Below are positions 1 through 9,944 of a stretch of DNA of 64,000 nucleotides, in pieces. Positions within the stretch are counted from its first letter, which is position 1; every line of letters starts with the position of its first letter. The stretch is from assembly GCA_016182555.1 (NCBI GenBank), contig JACPGJ010000004.1, forward strand, positions 14,751-78,750, given 5' to 3'. The stretch comes from Candidatus Kerfeldbacteria bacterium. Its GTDB lineage: Bacteria; Patescibacteriota; Patescibacteriia; UBA9570; XYC2-FULL-38-9. The notes beneath the pieces were generated by a model, which was not told the DNA's origin, made no database searches, and worked only from the letters and a program-made list of their open reading frames with translations. The position numbers were made by a program, and so were the translations under genes.

Positions 1-1
1 A

Positions 2-274
2 GTACAACGCGGGAACAACTATGCCACGATCTCTTGGAAAAAACCGAATGGCGGTGGCGTGAAAAAATACCGCGTACAACTATGGGTGAAGCAAGAGGGT
101 AAATATAAATTATTATCCACACAGGTGATAACGAAAAAATTGAAACGCAAAATGGTGCGTTCACGACTGCGATACTTAACTCCACAAACCCATTATCGTG
201 TGAAGCTTCGTGCGTTGTTTACCAATAGTGATATCGGTCCTTGGTCTTCATACCGAAAATTTTCTACCCGTTAA
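2..274 (+). CDS. C-terminal fragment of a fibronectin type III (FN3) domain protein; the 5' end lies outside the window
   Basis: The frame stays open from position 2. The sequence ...YATISWKKPNGGGVKKYRVQLW...YRVKLRALFTNSDIGPWS fits the FN3 pattern (W..P, Y.V, G.S). Confidence 0.45.
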   Translation, partial: VQRGNNYATISWKKPNGGGVKKYRVQLWVKQEGKYKLLSTQVITKKLKRKMVRSRLRYLTPQTHYRVKLRALFTNSDIGPWSSYRKFSTR

Positions 275-291
275 TCCACTTCCCAATCAAT

Positions 292-1704
292 TCATACCAT
301 CAATATTTTATCTCCGCGAACCAACACGATTTGCTTATCACGTTTTGCGTTATCAATCAACTCGCGTGTAAAACCAGACGTAGAACAAAGAATAAATTTT
401 TGTGCATAGTTTTTTGCGGAAAGATAACCAACAAACTGCGATTGCTCTTGTAGATGGTGCAACACTGCGGAACCAACGAGCTTGCGGCTATGCTTGGCTT
501 CCACAAAACTGATTATCCCCCGTTCATCATCTACTCCAACCATATCAATCTCAACATCTTTACTCCAAAACCGACGCGCACCCATTAAACGAAAACCCAG
601 GGTATCTTCTTGAGATTGGAGTATCGTCTTTATCATCTGTTCATACACTCCTGATTGAAAGAGTGAAAAATCTTTCTGAATCAATTTCACCATTTCCGCT
701 ACTCGACCTTCGGCGAGTACATCACGGTGCGGGAAAATATAACGAAACCAAAATTGAATAAAGTGTTCTTCCAAAAAATATAAACCGGATTTTGATTTTT
801 CTGGGTGGTGTCCAAATGGTACTTCGCGACGAATAAAATGCAGTCGTTGCAGATTGCTTAAATATTGCGTTATTGTTCCTTTTTGTAAACCACTACGTGC
901 AATAATTTCCGATAATTTATGCGCCCCAAACGCAATGCTGGAAAGCAGAGAAAAATAGATGGCGGGTTCGCGCAGCTCTTCCTGAATAAGAAATTCTACT
1001 TCATCTTTGAGTAGCGCATTTTTTGTAAGCGTCATCGCCGCGACATTTTCCCAAAATGATTTTTTTCTATCGTACTGTTCCCAATAAAGCGGAATCCCCC
1101 CGCAGAGCGAATAGATATTCAAGAGATCATCAAATTTCTTTACACCAAAATATTCTTTCAGTGGCTGATAGCTCATGGGAAGAACATGTAATATACCAGT
1201 TTTCCGGCCATACAACGGCGACTGATATTCCAGCGCTAATCGTTGCATCATACTCATACTGGAACCCGCAACAATGAGTTTAATTTTTCCCTGCCCGGTT
1301 GTTGTTGCGCGTGAATGAAAAAGATGATCGAGAATATATTGAAATTCGATCGCAATATTTTTATCAGACTCCACAAGATAGGGAAATTCATCAAGCACAA
1401 CCGTAATCGTTTTACCCTCTTTCAATAATCGTTCAAAGGCTTGTTTCCATGAAGAAAATCCGCGTTCGGCAATAAATGTATCTTTCAAGTACGCACCGGC
1501 TTGCTGTGAAAATTGAGCTAATTGTTGGACGCGCGGCAAGCGTTGTGCCATATAATAAAACCCTTCTTGTTTTTTAAGGATTTCTAACAATAACGATGTT
1601 TTCCCCACTCGCCTTTTCCCATACACCAGAATACATTCATTTTTTTTGCTCTGAATGGCTTGCTGCACATACGTTAATTCTTCGATTCTATTAACAAATT
1701 TCAT
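292..1704 (-). CDS. AAA+ ATPase of the archaeal-type ATPase/DUF234 family
   Basis: 470 aa. It has a Walker A motif (GKRRVGKTSLL) and a Walker B-like motif (VVLDEF). The overall architecture is typical of Arch_ATPase+DUF234 proteins. Confidence 0.75.
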   Translation of the reverse strand: MKFVNRIEELTYVQQAIQSKKNECILVYGKRRVGKTSLLLEILKKQEGFYYMAQRLPRVQQLAQFSQQAGAYLKDTFIAERGFSSWKQAFERLLKEGKTITVVLDEFPYLVESDKNIAIEFQYILDHLFHSRATTTGQGKIKLIVAGSSMSMMQRLALEYQSPLYGRKTGILHVLPMSYQPLKEYFGVKKFDDLLNIYSLCGGIPLYWEQYDRKKSFWENVAAMTLTKNALLKDEVEFLIQEELREPAIYFSLLSSIAFGAHKLSEIIARSGLQKGTITQYLSNLQRLHFIRREVPFGHHPEKSKSGLYFLEEHFIQFWFRYIFPHRDVLAEGRVAEMVKLIQKDFSLFQSGVYEQMIKTILQSQEDTLGFRLMGARRFWSKDVEIDMVGVDDERGIISFVEAKHSRKLVGSAVLHHLQEQSQFVGYLSAKNYAQKFILCSTSGFTRELIDNAKRDKQIVLVRGDKILMV

Positions 1705-1710
1705 TATTTT

Positions 1711-1745
1711 AGTCTATATATGATTATAATAATCGTGTATAGACT
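1711..1745. promoter_or_regulatory. Perfect 8-bp inverted repeat (AGTCTATA-N19-TATAGACT) immediately upstream of the DUF234 ATPase start; possible operator
   Basis: The repeat was seen directly in the AT-rich intergenic region 1705-1916. Confidence 0.3.
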
Positions 1746-1916
1746 AATTATAACATGCGCTAGAAATTTGTCTACTCCGCTTTGCAATATTAGTGAGCAC
1801 TTATGCTAAGAAAGTTGACAAATGTTAGTTTATATGTTATTTTAAGAATAATGATCTTCAAGAATGCTCTTAATTATAGGTTCGAAGTGAAATAAAATAA
1901 AAGTGTAATTAATCGT

Positions 1917-3053
1917 ATGGCAGAAAGACGAGTAGCTAGGCAAGAGCATTTTATAACACGAAATAGCAGGGAGTTATTTGATCTCGTTCATAAAATATCG
2001 TTACCGGTTTCAGCACTGAGACATGAAAAATCTGATGTATTAAATCAAGCGGTTCATATTTTAGCTAAACTTGAGATAAGTACAGAAGTTTTTATGAAAG
2101 GTTTTGCCATAGAACGATTATTGATTTTGTTATCAGTAGCAGATGAATATTTAAGTACAAAAAACATTTCTGAACGTAAAGCATTGTTAGAACTCATTAA
2201 ACAATTTGCGATAAATAAAGCTGAGAGTGGGAAGATTATTTCCATAAGTCCTTTTATTCAACGTTTTTCAAGAATGCCGATTCCTGAAGGTGAATCAACA
2301 GAATTACGCGATGGATTATTACGGGAGAAAACTCGTATGGCGCAATTTGATCCTGAAAAAGAGTATATCCAACCAGTGAATTCTCTACCACCAGAAAGTT
2401 TACTTTCAAATAGCAGAGAGAATATACAAATACTGCCAAAACAGTCTGAAGAATTAACGAGAGCATTAAACAATAGTCCCTCACCGTTAATTGATATAGA
2501 GGTGCAAAGATTGAGTGAAATTATGGAAAAACCATTTGTTTTTGGTCCAATCAAAGTAGAGGTATTGGATATGTCAGTAGCTGAATTTAAAAAGTATTTT
2601 GGAGGAGTGGGTTTTTGGAATCAGCCAAATATTATTATTGTTCCAAAAGACTATGGTGAAGACACGATTCGGCATGAATTTATACATATTCAAAGTGCAT
2701 TTAATGGATTTGGTGTTATGACAATAAGTTCTATTAAAAAACCACATTTATTTTTTTATCTTAATGAAGGATTAACAGAAAATTTAACACGTAAGCCAAG
2801 GCATTATAAGGCTGAGCGAAGAGTAATACAAAAATTAATTCAGCAAAATCCTGCTATAGAGAATATGTTGTATAAAGCATATCTTGATTTTCGTTATAGA
2901 CGTCAATTATATGATATGCTTATTACTCAGGTTGGGTTAAAAGGTTTTTTAGCCCTTGCGCGTATGAATAGTAGCTTTGAAGAAAATTATTATATGGGCC
3001 CGTTAGAGAAAAAAATTATGATTTCATGTGAGCAAGCCTATAATTTACTTTGA
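1917..3053 (+). CDS. Hypothetical protein with an HExxH motif (HEFIH); possible metallopeptidase-like protein encoded in an AT-rich island
   Basis: 378-aa ORF. It contains an HEFIH motif. Its GC content is markedly lower than that of its neighbours. A candidate promoter TTGACA-N17-TATTTT lies at about 1816-1844. Confidence 0.5.
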   Translation: MAERRVARQEHFITRNSRELFDLVHKISLPVSALRHEKSDVLNQAVHILAKLEISTEVFMKGFAIERLLILLSVADEYLSTKNISERKALLELIKQFAINKAESGKIISISPFIQRFSRMPIPEGESTELRDGLLREKTRMAQFDPEKEYIQPVNSLPPESLLSNSRENIQILPKQSEELTRALNNSPSPLIDIEVQRLSEIMEKPFVFGPIKVEVLDMSVAEFKKYFGGVGFWNQPNIIIVPKDYGEDTIRHEFIHIQSAFNGFGVMTISSIKKPHLFFYLNEGLTENLTRKPRHYKAERRVIQKLIQQNPAIENMLYKAYLDFRYRRQLYDMLITQVGLKGFLALARMNSSFEENYYMGPLEKKIMISCEQAYNLL

Positions 3054-3175
3054 ATAACCACTGCGCGTTTGTGGCTAAACAATCAGAAAGGTATCATACG
3101 CAATATAGAGTTTTAAGTTCTTGCTGTATGCTCTCTTTTTCTATACACTAAAGGAAAATCACTAAACGCTTTTTT

Positions 3176-4261
3176 ATGAAACCCATTCGCGAAGCACTCA
3201 CCTACGACGACGTACTTCTGGTTCCAAAATATTCAGAAATTTTACCGGCAGATGCCGTATTGAAAACACGACTTGGTTGGTTGGAACTAGAACTCCCCTT
3301 TATCAGCGCGCCAATGGATACAGTCACAGAAAGTGGAATGGCCATAGCCATGGCAAAACTCGGTGGTCTGGGTATTATTCATAAAAATATGAGTGCCGCC
3401 GATCAAGCTGGGCAAGTGAAAAAAGTAGCAACAAAAGGGTTAGCTGTGGGTGCGGCCATTTCGGTGAGCGATGAACAGTTTGAACGTGCAGCGCAGTGTG
3501 TGGAAGCAGGCGCTGCGGTCATTATCGTTGATTCTGCACATGGTCATTCCAAAGGGGTGTTGGCCCAGGTGAAACGTTTAAAAAAAACATTTAAAAAACG
3601 TGTGGTCGTGATTGGTGGAAATGTTGCCAGCAGTGAAGGAACACAAGCGCTTATCGCTGCTGGAGCAGATGTAGTGAAAGTGGGTATTGGTCCAGGTTCT
3701 ATTTGTACCACACGCATTGTGGCAGGTATTGGTGTTCCTCAACTAACTGCAGTGATGGATTGTGTAGAGGCAACCCGCAAAACAAAACGCCCCGTACAGA
3801 TTATTGCCGATGGTGGCATTAAATATTCTGGTGATGTGGTGAAAGCCATGGCCGCAGGTGCAGCAGCGATTATGGCTGGCGGATTATTTTCTGGTACCAC
3901 AGAAGCACCCGGCGAACTGGTGATGATCGATGGCCAAGAAATGAAACAATACCGCGGCATGGGTTCAATGGAAGCGATGGAAAAAGGTTCGAAAGATCGA
4001 TACGGCCAAAAAGAAACACGCGAAAAGAAAAAACTCGTACCAGAAGGGATTGTTGGGTACACACCATACAAAGGTTCAGTGAATGATATTGTTTATCAAC
4101 TTGCTGGTGGTTTACGTGCAGGTATGGGCTATAATGGTACCCGCACCATCGCCGCATTACAAAAAAACCCCACATTCGTGCGTATCACAAACGCTGGGTT
4201 AAGTGAATCGCATCCACACACATTGAAAGCCATTGTGCATGCGCCGAATTACAAACGTTAA
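3176..4261 (+). CDS. guaB: IMP dehydrogenase (IMPDH/GMP reductase family) that naturally lacks the CBS/Bateman subdomain
   Basis: The N-terminus ([11 protein letters not shown]) and the catalytic loop ([11 protein letters not shown]) match IMPDH. The segment YRGMGS...KLVPEGIVG also matches IMPDH. At 361 aa, the two CBS repeats are absent between the QAGQVKKV and [14 protein letters not shown] segments. Confidence 0.85.
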   Translation: MKPIREALTYDDVLLVPKYSEILPADAVLKTRLGWLELELPFISAPMDTVTESGMAIAMAKLGGLGIIHKNMSAADQAGQVKKVATKGLAVGAAISVSDEQFERAAQCVEAGAAVIIVDSAHGHSKGVLAQVKRLKKTFKKRVVVIGGNVASSEGTQALIAAGADVVKVGIGPGSICTTRIVAGIGVPQLTAVMDCVEATRKTKRPVQIIADGGIKYSGDVVKAMAAGAAAIMAGGLFSGTTEAPGELVMIDGQEMKQYRGMGSMEAMEKGSKDRYGQKETREKKKLVPEGIVGYTPYKGSVNDIVYQLAGGLRAGMGYNGTRTIAALQKNPTFVRITNAGLSESHPHTLKAIVHAPNYKR

Positions 4262-5919
4262 TCGACGTTGAAAATTTTCCGCATCTCCCACAAACGGCTC
4301 GAAATATACGGGCGACGTGTTTCTCCAGTTGTCACCATGAGCAATTTGGTAATTTTCAAATACTCAGCGTCCGTATATAACAGAATCAACATTTCACGAA
4401 TATAGTTCGTATTGAGAGTCACGTAATTATCTGTTCCTACTCCTAATTGCAAACCTTTTTTTTCCCACCAAGAAAATGGGTGATCTTTAAAATCTGGTAC
4501 GAAATGCGTGAGGCGGAAATTCGATGATGGCAGGGAAACAAGGGACACCTGTTTATTGATCATGCGATTCAAAATATCGTGCTGGTAATGTTCCACTTCA
4601 CGAGCCGTATGGAACTTCGCCTTCGTGAAGGTAATCATTTCTGTATACGACAGTCGTTGCCCGGCAATCAATTTATCACGCACACCCAAATCATCGTCAT
4701 ACCAGCCCATCTCCATCACTTCATCATATTCGATAGTTCCTTCTTTCAAAGCGCGACCATCGATATTCCATTGCACGACGCGTTGGAATAAACTATGAAA
4801 ATAGTAATTCGGGTTCACTCCTAATGCAAGACCGTGTTCGAGTGAATCAATATGCCATATATTCATGGCGTTATCTACAGCTTGAATACCGCGGCGCAGA
4901 GTTTTCCAGGTTTCCCCATGGTGACTGCGAATACGAAAACCCGCGAATTGCAGTTTGCGAAACGCCTTCGTCATATCTAAATAATGCTGTTTACGGTAAA
5001 AATATTTCTCATCGCCCACCGTATCTATTTCACACAAATGATCACGTAATTGTGGATGACGCTCAATCATTTGTAACATGGCATTCACTTGATCTTCCAC
5101 ATCTTCTTTTTTGGTGGCGAAACGAGATTGATCAAAATAGTCTGGTTCTTTTCTGAAGACTGGTGAAAGGATAAAGTTAAAATCTGGATGCGCGCGTTGA
5201 AATTGGGCGAATCCATCATACAACCCCAGGACCACGTCTTCGGGTGTCAACCGTTCAATGCCAGGAATAATTTCGGATTCACGCGTACTATTTTTGCGTG
5301 AAAGCGTAAATTTCAAACGCACGTGTCCTACATTATATTTTGTATAGAGTTCATTTGCCAAAAAGTACGCTGCTTCTTTATGCGCTGTTCTGTTCGTCAG
5401 TACGAGCTTGGTTAAAAAAACAATTTGTAGATATCGATCAAAATATTCATTCTTTTGTAACCGAATCAGCTTGTCAACATCTGCTTTGGAGCGAATATGT
5501 GCGCTGCCCGGACCATACACATGCTCAATCTGTTCTTTGATTCGTTTTCCGTTTTTGCCGACCAGAAGTTTTTTCAAACGCGGGTAGACAAAATCCGCCG
5601 TGAGTGCACCGGTCAAATGGGTATGGTCTTCTCGATATTTCAATGGGAAATGCTGAAAAAATTGAAACAGCGCAGCAGAAACTGGATGGTCCAAAAGTGC
5701 ACGAATATCCGCTTTACTAATTTGATACGCAAGCAACCGTTCACGAAAATCTGCCACAGATTTGACTGCACGCGCACTCACCTGCTCAACATGATAACTC
5801 GTCATGAGTTCCAAGGTGTCTTCCAAGCTAATACCATTGGTTTCACTAATGATACTGGTAAAAAAATGCGTCAGCTCTTTTACCAGCTTTGGGTCATGAG
5901 CACGTGTTTGTGTATTCAT
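4258..5919 (-). CDS. Adenosine/AMP deaminase family metal-dependent hydrolase
   Basis: 553 aa. Its motifs follow the A_deaminase pattern: HTHLTG (HxH), SHHGE, EHGLALG and GVGTDN. Confidence 0.65.
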   Translation of the reverse strand: MNTQTRAHDPKLVKELTHFFTSIISETNGISLEDTLELMTSYHVEQVSARAVKSVADFRERLLAYQISKADIRALLDHPVSAALFQFFQHFPLKYREDHTHLTGALTADFVYPRLKKLLVGKNGKRIKEQIEHVYGPGSAHIRSKADVDKLIRLQKNEYFDRYLQIVFLTKLVLTNRTAHKEAAYFLANELYTKYNVGHVRLKFTLSRKNSTRESEIIPGIERLTPEDVVLGLYDGFAQFQRAHPDFNFILSPVFRKEPDYFDQSRFATKKEDVEDQVNAMLQMIERHPQLRDHLCEIDTVGDEKYFYRKQHYLDMTKAFRKLQFAGFRIRSHHGETWKTLRRGIQAVDNAMNIWHIDSLEHGLALGVNPNYYFHSLFQRVVQWNIDGRALKEGTIEYDEVMEMGWYDDDLGVRDKLIAGQRLSYTEMITFTKAKFHTAREVEHYQHDILNRMINKQVSLVSLPSSNFRLTHFVPDFKDHPFSWWEKKGLQLGVGTDNYVTLNTNYIREMLILLYTDAEYLKITKLLMVTTGETRRPYISSRLWEMRKIFNVD

Positions 5920-6000
5920 TAACTACAGTATATCAAAAAATTGAACGAAATGCAAGTGCAAGTGCAAGTGCGAAGGGCCATCAACACCTGTGACGTAATC

Positions 6001-6038
6001 ATACAAAAACACCCGCTCGTGGAGAGCAGGTGTTTTGT
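6001..6038 (-). terminator. Rho-independent terminator downstream of rpoC
   Basis: Read on the minus strand: stem AAAACACC, a 15-nt loop, stem GGTGTTTT, followed by a T-run (GTTTTTGTAT). Confidence 0.5.
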
Positions 6039-6060
6039 GAAGAACAGTACGTGAATAGAT

Positions 6061-9000
6061 CTAACCGCGGAAACCCGTGCCGACAGGAATGAGCTTACCA
6101 ATGATGACATTTTCTTTCAGGCCACGGAGATGATCAATCTTTCCAGAAACCGCCGCATCAATCAAGATACGTGCTGTTTCTTGGAACGATGCCGCTGACA
6201 AAAATGAATCGACCGATAACGATGCTTTGGTAATGCCCAGCAATACTGGCTCAACCACTGCAGATTTTCCACTACGTGCTTTTGCTGCTTCATTTGCTTC
6301 GGTGAGCGTCATCTTCGACACAATATCACCAACCACTAAATCGGTATCCTTCGAATCGAGCACTTTCATGCGGGCAAACATTTGCCGAATAATGACCTCA
6401 ATGTGTTTATCATTCAACTTCTGTCCTTGGGAAGAATAGATATACTGAATTTCTTTGATGATGTATTTCTGTACAGCCTCTACTCCTTGCAATGTATACA
6501 ATTCATACAAATCTAAACTCCCTTCGGTCAATTGTTGCCCCATGCTGATGAGCTCACCTTTCTTCACCCAGACACCGTATCCTGCTGGCACGGTGAATTC
6601 TCGTACTTTCGTTTCTGGACCAAACAAGGTCATTTTGGTTTTTTCCACCGCAACAACACCAGACAATCGCGCTTTCACTGGGCCTTCTTCAGATTCATAC
6701 AATACCTCACCCTTCTTCACTTTCGCACCATCTTTCACCTTCACCTTATCTTCCGCTTTCACCGTGTATTTTTCTTTAACGTCGGAAGTGTATTCAACGC
6801 GAATAACTTTCTGCCGATCTTCTTCCACAATTTCTGTCACCGTACCATCGACATCGGCGATAATTGCCGCTTTCTTCAATGGGCGGGCTTCAAACAATTC
6901 TTCAACACGAGGAAGACCTTGGGTAATATCGGCTCCAGCAACACCTCCAGTGTGGAACGTACGCATAGTCAGCTGCGTGCCCGGTTCACCAATCGATTGA
7001 GCGGCGATAATACCAGCAGCAGTGCCCATAGCCACTAATCGGTTATGGCCTAAATCGTAACCATAACACTTTTGACATACCCCACGGTCAATCAAGCAGG
7101 TGAGCACGGAACGTACTACGGCTTGCTTAATCTTTTTATTCTTGAATTTTTCTAAATGCTCTGTTTCCACTAACTCACCCTTACCCACTAATACCTTACC
7201 TTTTTCATCAACTAAGTCTTCGACCAATGTGCGGCCCCAAACGCGTTCAATAATTGGCGTACCAAAATCTTCCGATTCTTCGGCAGATAAATGAACACCT
7301 TCCTTCGCTCCACAATCTTCGGACACAATCACCACATCTTGCGCAACATCGACTAAACGACGAGTGAGGTAGCCAGCATTCGCTGTACGTAGAGCGGTGT
7401 CAGACAACCCTTTACGCGCACCATGAGTAGAAATGAAATATTCCAACACATCAAAACCTTCTTTAAAGTTCGCTTTCACCGGCAACTCAATCGTTTCACC
7501 AGATGGGTTAATCACCAACCCTTTCATACCCATCATTTGGGTGGTCTGCCCCCACGAACCACGAGCACCCGAGTTGATCATGGAATAGGCCGGGCTATTA
7601 CGATCCAACGAATTCTGACAAATAATCGTTACATCATTTTTTGCTTTTGTCCAAATTTCAATCACTTTTGCACGACGTTCTTCGTCGGTCAGCAAACCCA
7701 TATTGAAATGCGTATACACTTCGTCAACAAGCAACTCCGCTTGCTTAATCACATCGTATTTTGCTTCCGGCACAATCAAATCATCCATGCCCCAACTCAT
7801 ACCAGATTGGGTGACATATTCAATCGCCAAATCTTTCACATCATCCAACAATTGCACGGTGCGTTCTTGACCAAGATGATTCAAACAATCGGCAATCAAT
7901 TCTTTCAACCCTTTCTTATCAATGACTTCATTCACATACTGCTGCTCCTTTGGCAAAATTTCGTTGAAAATAATGCGGCCCGGAGAAGTTTCCACCATCT
8001 CTTTGCCCATTTTCAATTTCACTAATTGTTGTAAACCAATACGTTCGGATTGATACGCGAATAATACTTCTTCTTTTGTAGCAAATGGCAACAATTCTTT
8101 ATCGTCAGTCTTCTGCGCGGTAAAGGTGAGGTAATAGGTTCCCAACACAATATCCTGAGATGGAGTAACAATCGGTTCACCGGTTGCTGGTTTCAGCAAA
8201 TTCTGGGTGGAGAGCATCAGTTCTTTGGCTTCCTTGCGTGCTTCTTTGGACAGCGGAACGTGCACAGCCATCTGGTCTCCATCGAAGTCGGCGTTGAACG
8301 CCGGACAGACCAATGGATGAACTTGAATCGCTTTTCCTTCAATCAGTAATGGTTGAAAGGCCTGAATACCCAAACGATGAAGAGTCGGAGCGCGGTTCAA
8401 GAGTACATGCGCATCTTTCGTTACCTCTTCCAAAATGTCCCATACTTCCGAACGATTCGATTCAATGAATCGATTCGCGGAACGTACATTATAGACATAT
8501 TCTCGTTCAATCAATTTTGCAATGACAAATGATTTAAACAATTCCAGAGCCATTTTCTTTGGAAGACCACATTGGTTCAATTTCAAGTGTGGACCAACAA
8601 CAATCACCGAACGGCCAGAGTAGTCAACGCGTTTACCCAACAAGTTTTGGCGGAAGCGACCTTGCTTCCCTTTCAACATATCAGCAAGTGATTTCAGTTG
8701 CCGTTTTTGACCAGTCGACGCTGTGACGGTTTTGCCATGACGGGCGCTGTTATCAATTAACGCATCAACGGCTTCTTGTAACATGCGTTTTTCGTTACGC
8801 TGAATCACCTCTGGTGCATTCAATTCCTGCAACCGCTTCAACCGATTGTTACGGTTAATCACACGGCGATACAAATCATTCAAATCCGAAGAGGCAAAAC
8901 GACCACCATCTAATTGCACCATGGGGCGCAAGTCCGGAGGAATAATGGGCACCACGCGCATAATCATCCACTCTGGTTTGATGCCATTCGTTTGCAGATT

Positions 9001-9921
9001 TTTCACCAATTTCAAACGACGACGCAACCGATGTTGCTGATTTTTGCTTGCTTCTGCCAATTCCAATTCCAACGCTTTTCCTAATTCAGTGAGGTCAATA
9101 CGTGCCAGTAGGCGGTGAATCGCTTCGGCACCAATGGCTGCTTCAAATACGTGCCCGTATTTCAAAGACAAATCATAGTATTGGCTTTCAGAAACAATTT
9201 GTAATGGCGCAAGTGATTGTAATTCTTTTCGTGCAATGCTAGCGGCTTCTTCAATATCTTTCACTTTTTCATCGCGCATAATAGCCGCGTTGATCAATTC
9301 CTGCTCAAATGCTTTTTCTTGTTTCGCGGCTTCAGCGGCTTTCATCGTCGCTCGTTCTTTCTCACTTTCTGCACGACGTTTCTTAATTTCGGCCACCACT
9401 TCGCTGCTTTCCTGACGAATCAATTTCTTCTTCTGTTCTAATTCCGATTCAATTTGTGCGAGTGTTTGTTCACGTAACTGATCGTTCACGTCACTAATAA
9501 TATAGTTCGCAAAATATACAACCTTCTCTAAACTTTGCGTAGACAAATTCAGCAACAATCCGATCTTCGATGGTACCCCACGGAGAAACCAAATATGCGT
9601 TACTGGGGCCGCAAGGTCGATGTGTCCCATGCGATCACGGCGAACAATCGAACGGGTAACTTCGACACCGCATTTGTCACAGACGATGCCCTTGTAGCGA
9701 ATGCGTTTATACTTTCCGCAGTAACACTCCCAATCTTTTGACGGACCGAAAATCTTTTCGCAGAACAATCCATCTTTTTCTGGTTTTTGTGTACGATAGT
9801 TAATCGTTTCTGGTCGCAGCACTTCGCCATAAGACCATTTGTGAATATCGTCCGGTGAAGCAAGCTTCAAACGAATGGCCGAGAAATCTGCAACTTGTGT
9901 GGTGTTATCATGAAATGACAT
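6061..9921 (-). CDS. rpoC: DNA-directed RNA polymerase subunit beta'
   Basis: 1286 aa. It carries conserved zinc-finger Cys residues, the NADFDGD catalytic motif and the conserved trigger-loop/bridge-helix regions. Confidence 0.97.
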   Translation of the reverse strand: MSFHDNTTQVADFSAIRLKLASPDDIHKWSYGEVLRPETINYRTQKPEKDGLFCEKIFGPSKDWECYCGKYKRIRYKGIVCDKCGVEVTRSIVRRDRMGHIDLAAPVTHIWFLRGVPSKIGLLLNLSTQSLEKVVYFANYIISDVNDQLREQTLAQIESELEQKKKLIRQESSEVVAEIKKRRAESEKERATMKAAEAAKQEKAFEQELINAAIMRDEKVKDIEEAASIARKELQSLAPLQIVSESQYYDLSLKYGHVFEAAIGAEAIHRLLARIDLTELGKALELELAEASKNQQHRLRRRLKLVKNLQTNGIKPEWMIMRVVPIIPPDLRPMVQLDGGRFASSDLNDLYRRVINRNNRLKRLQELNAPEVIQRNEKRMLQEAVDALIDNSARHGKTVTASTGQKRQLKSLADMLKGKQGRFRQNLLGKRVDYSGRSVIVVGPHLKLNQCGLPKKMALELFKSFVIAKLIEREYVYNVRSANRFIESNRSEVWDILEEVTKDAHVLLNRAPTLHRLGIQAFQPLLIEGKAIQVHPLVCPAFNADFDGDQMAVHVPLSKEARKEAKELMLSTQNLLKPATGEPIVTPSQDIVLGTYYLTFTAQKTDDKELLPFATKEEVLFAYQSERIGLQQLVKLKMGKEMVETSPGRIIFNEILPKEQQYVNEVIDKKGLKELIADCLNHLGQERTVQLLDDVKDLAIEYVTQSGMSWGMDDLIVPEAKYDVIKQAELLVDEVYTHFNMGLLTDEERRAKVIEIWTKAKNDVTIICQNSLDRNSPAYSMINSGARGSWGQTTQMMGMKGLVINPSGETIELPVKANFKEGFDVLEYFISTHGARKGLSDTALRTANAGYLTRRLVDVAQDVVIVSEDCGAKEGVHLSAEESEDFGTPIIERVWGRTLVEDLVDEKGKVLVGKGELVETEHLEKFKNKKIKQAVVRSVLTCLIDRGVCQKCYGYDLGHNRLVAMGTAAGIIAAQSIGEPGTQLTMRTFHTGGVAGADITQGLPRVEELFEARPLKKAAIIADVDGTVTEIVEEDRQKVIRVEYTSDVKEKYTVKAEDKVKVKDGAKVKKGEVLYESEEGPVKARLSGVVAVEKTKMTLFGPETKVREFTVPAGYGVWVKKGELISMGQQLTEGSLDLYELYTLQGVEAVQKYIIKEIQYIYSSQGQKLNDKHIEVIIRQMFARMKVLDSKDTDLVVGDIVSKMTLTEANEAAKARSGKSAVVEPVLLGITKASLSVDSFLSAASFQETARILIDAAVSGKIDHLRGLKENVIIGKLIPVGTGFRG

Positions 9922-9944
9922 AGGTATATATATTCGTTTAATGA

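Noticed and set aside
5951-5975. Short hexamer tandem repeat (TGCAAG) x3.5 in the rpoC downstream intergenic region
   Set aside because: It is too short for a meaningful repeat element. It is likely incidental, or part of the promoter region of the deaminase gene.
6227-8025. Several plus-strand ORFs of 64-200 aa inside rpoC
   Set aside because: They are shadow ORFs antisense to a highly conserved gene. Their translations are low-complexity with no motifs.
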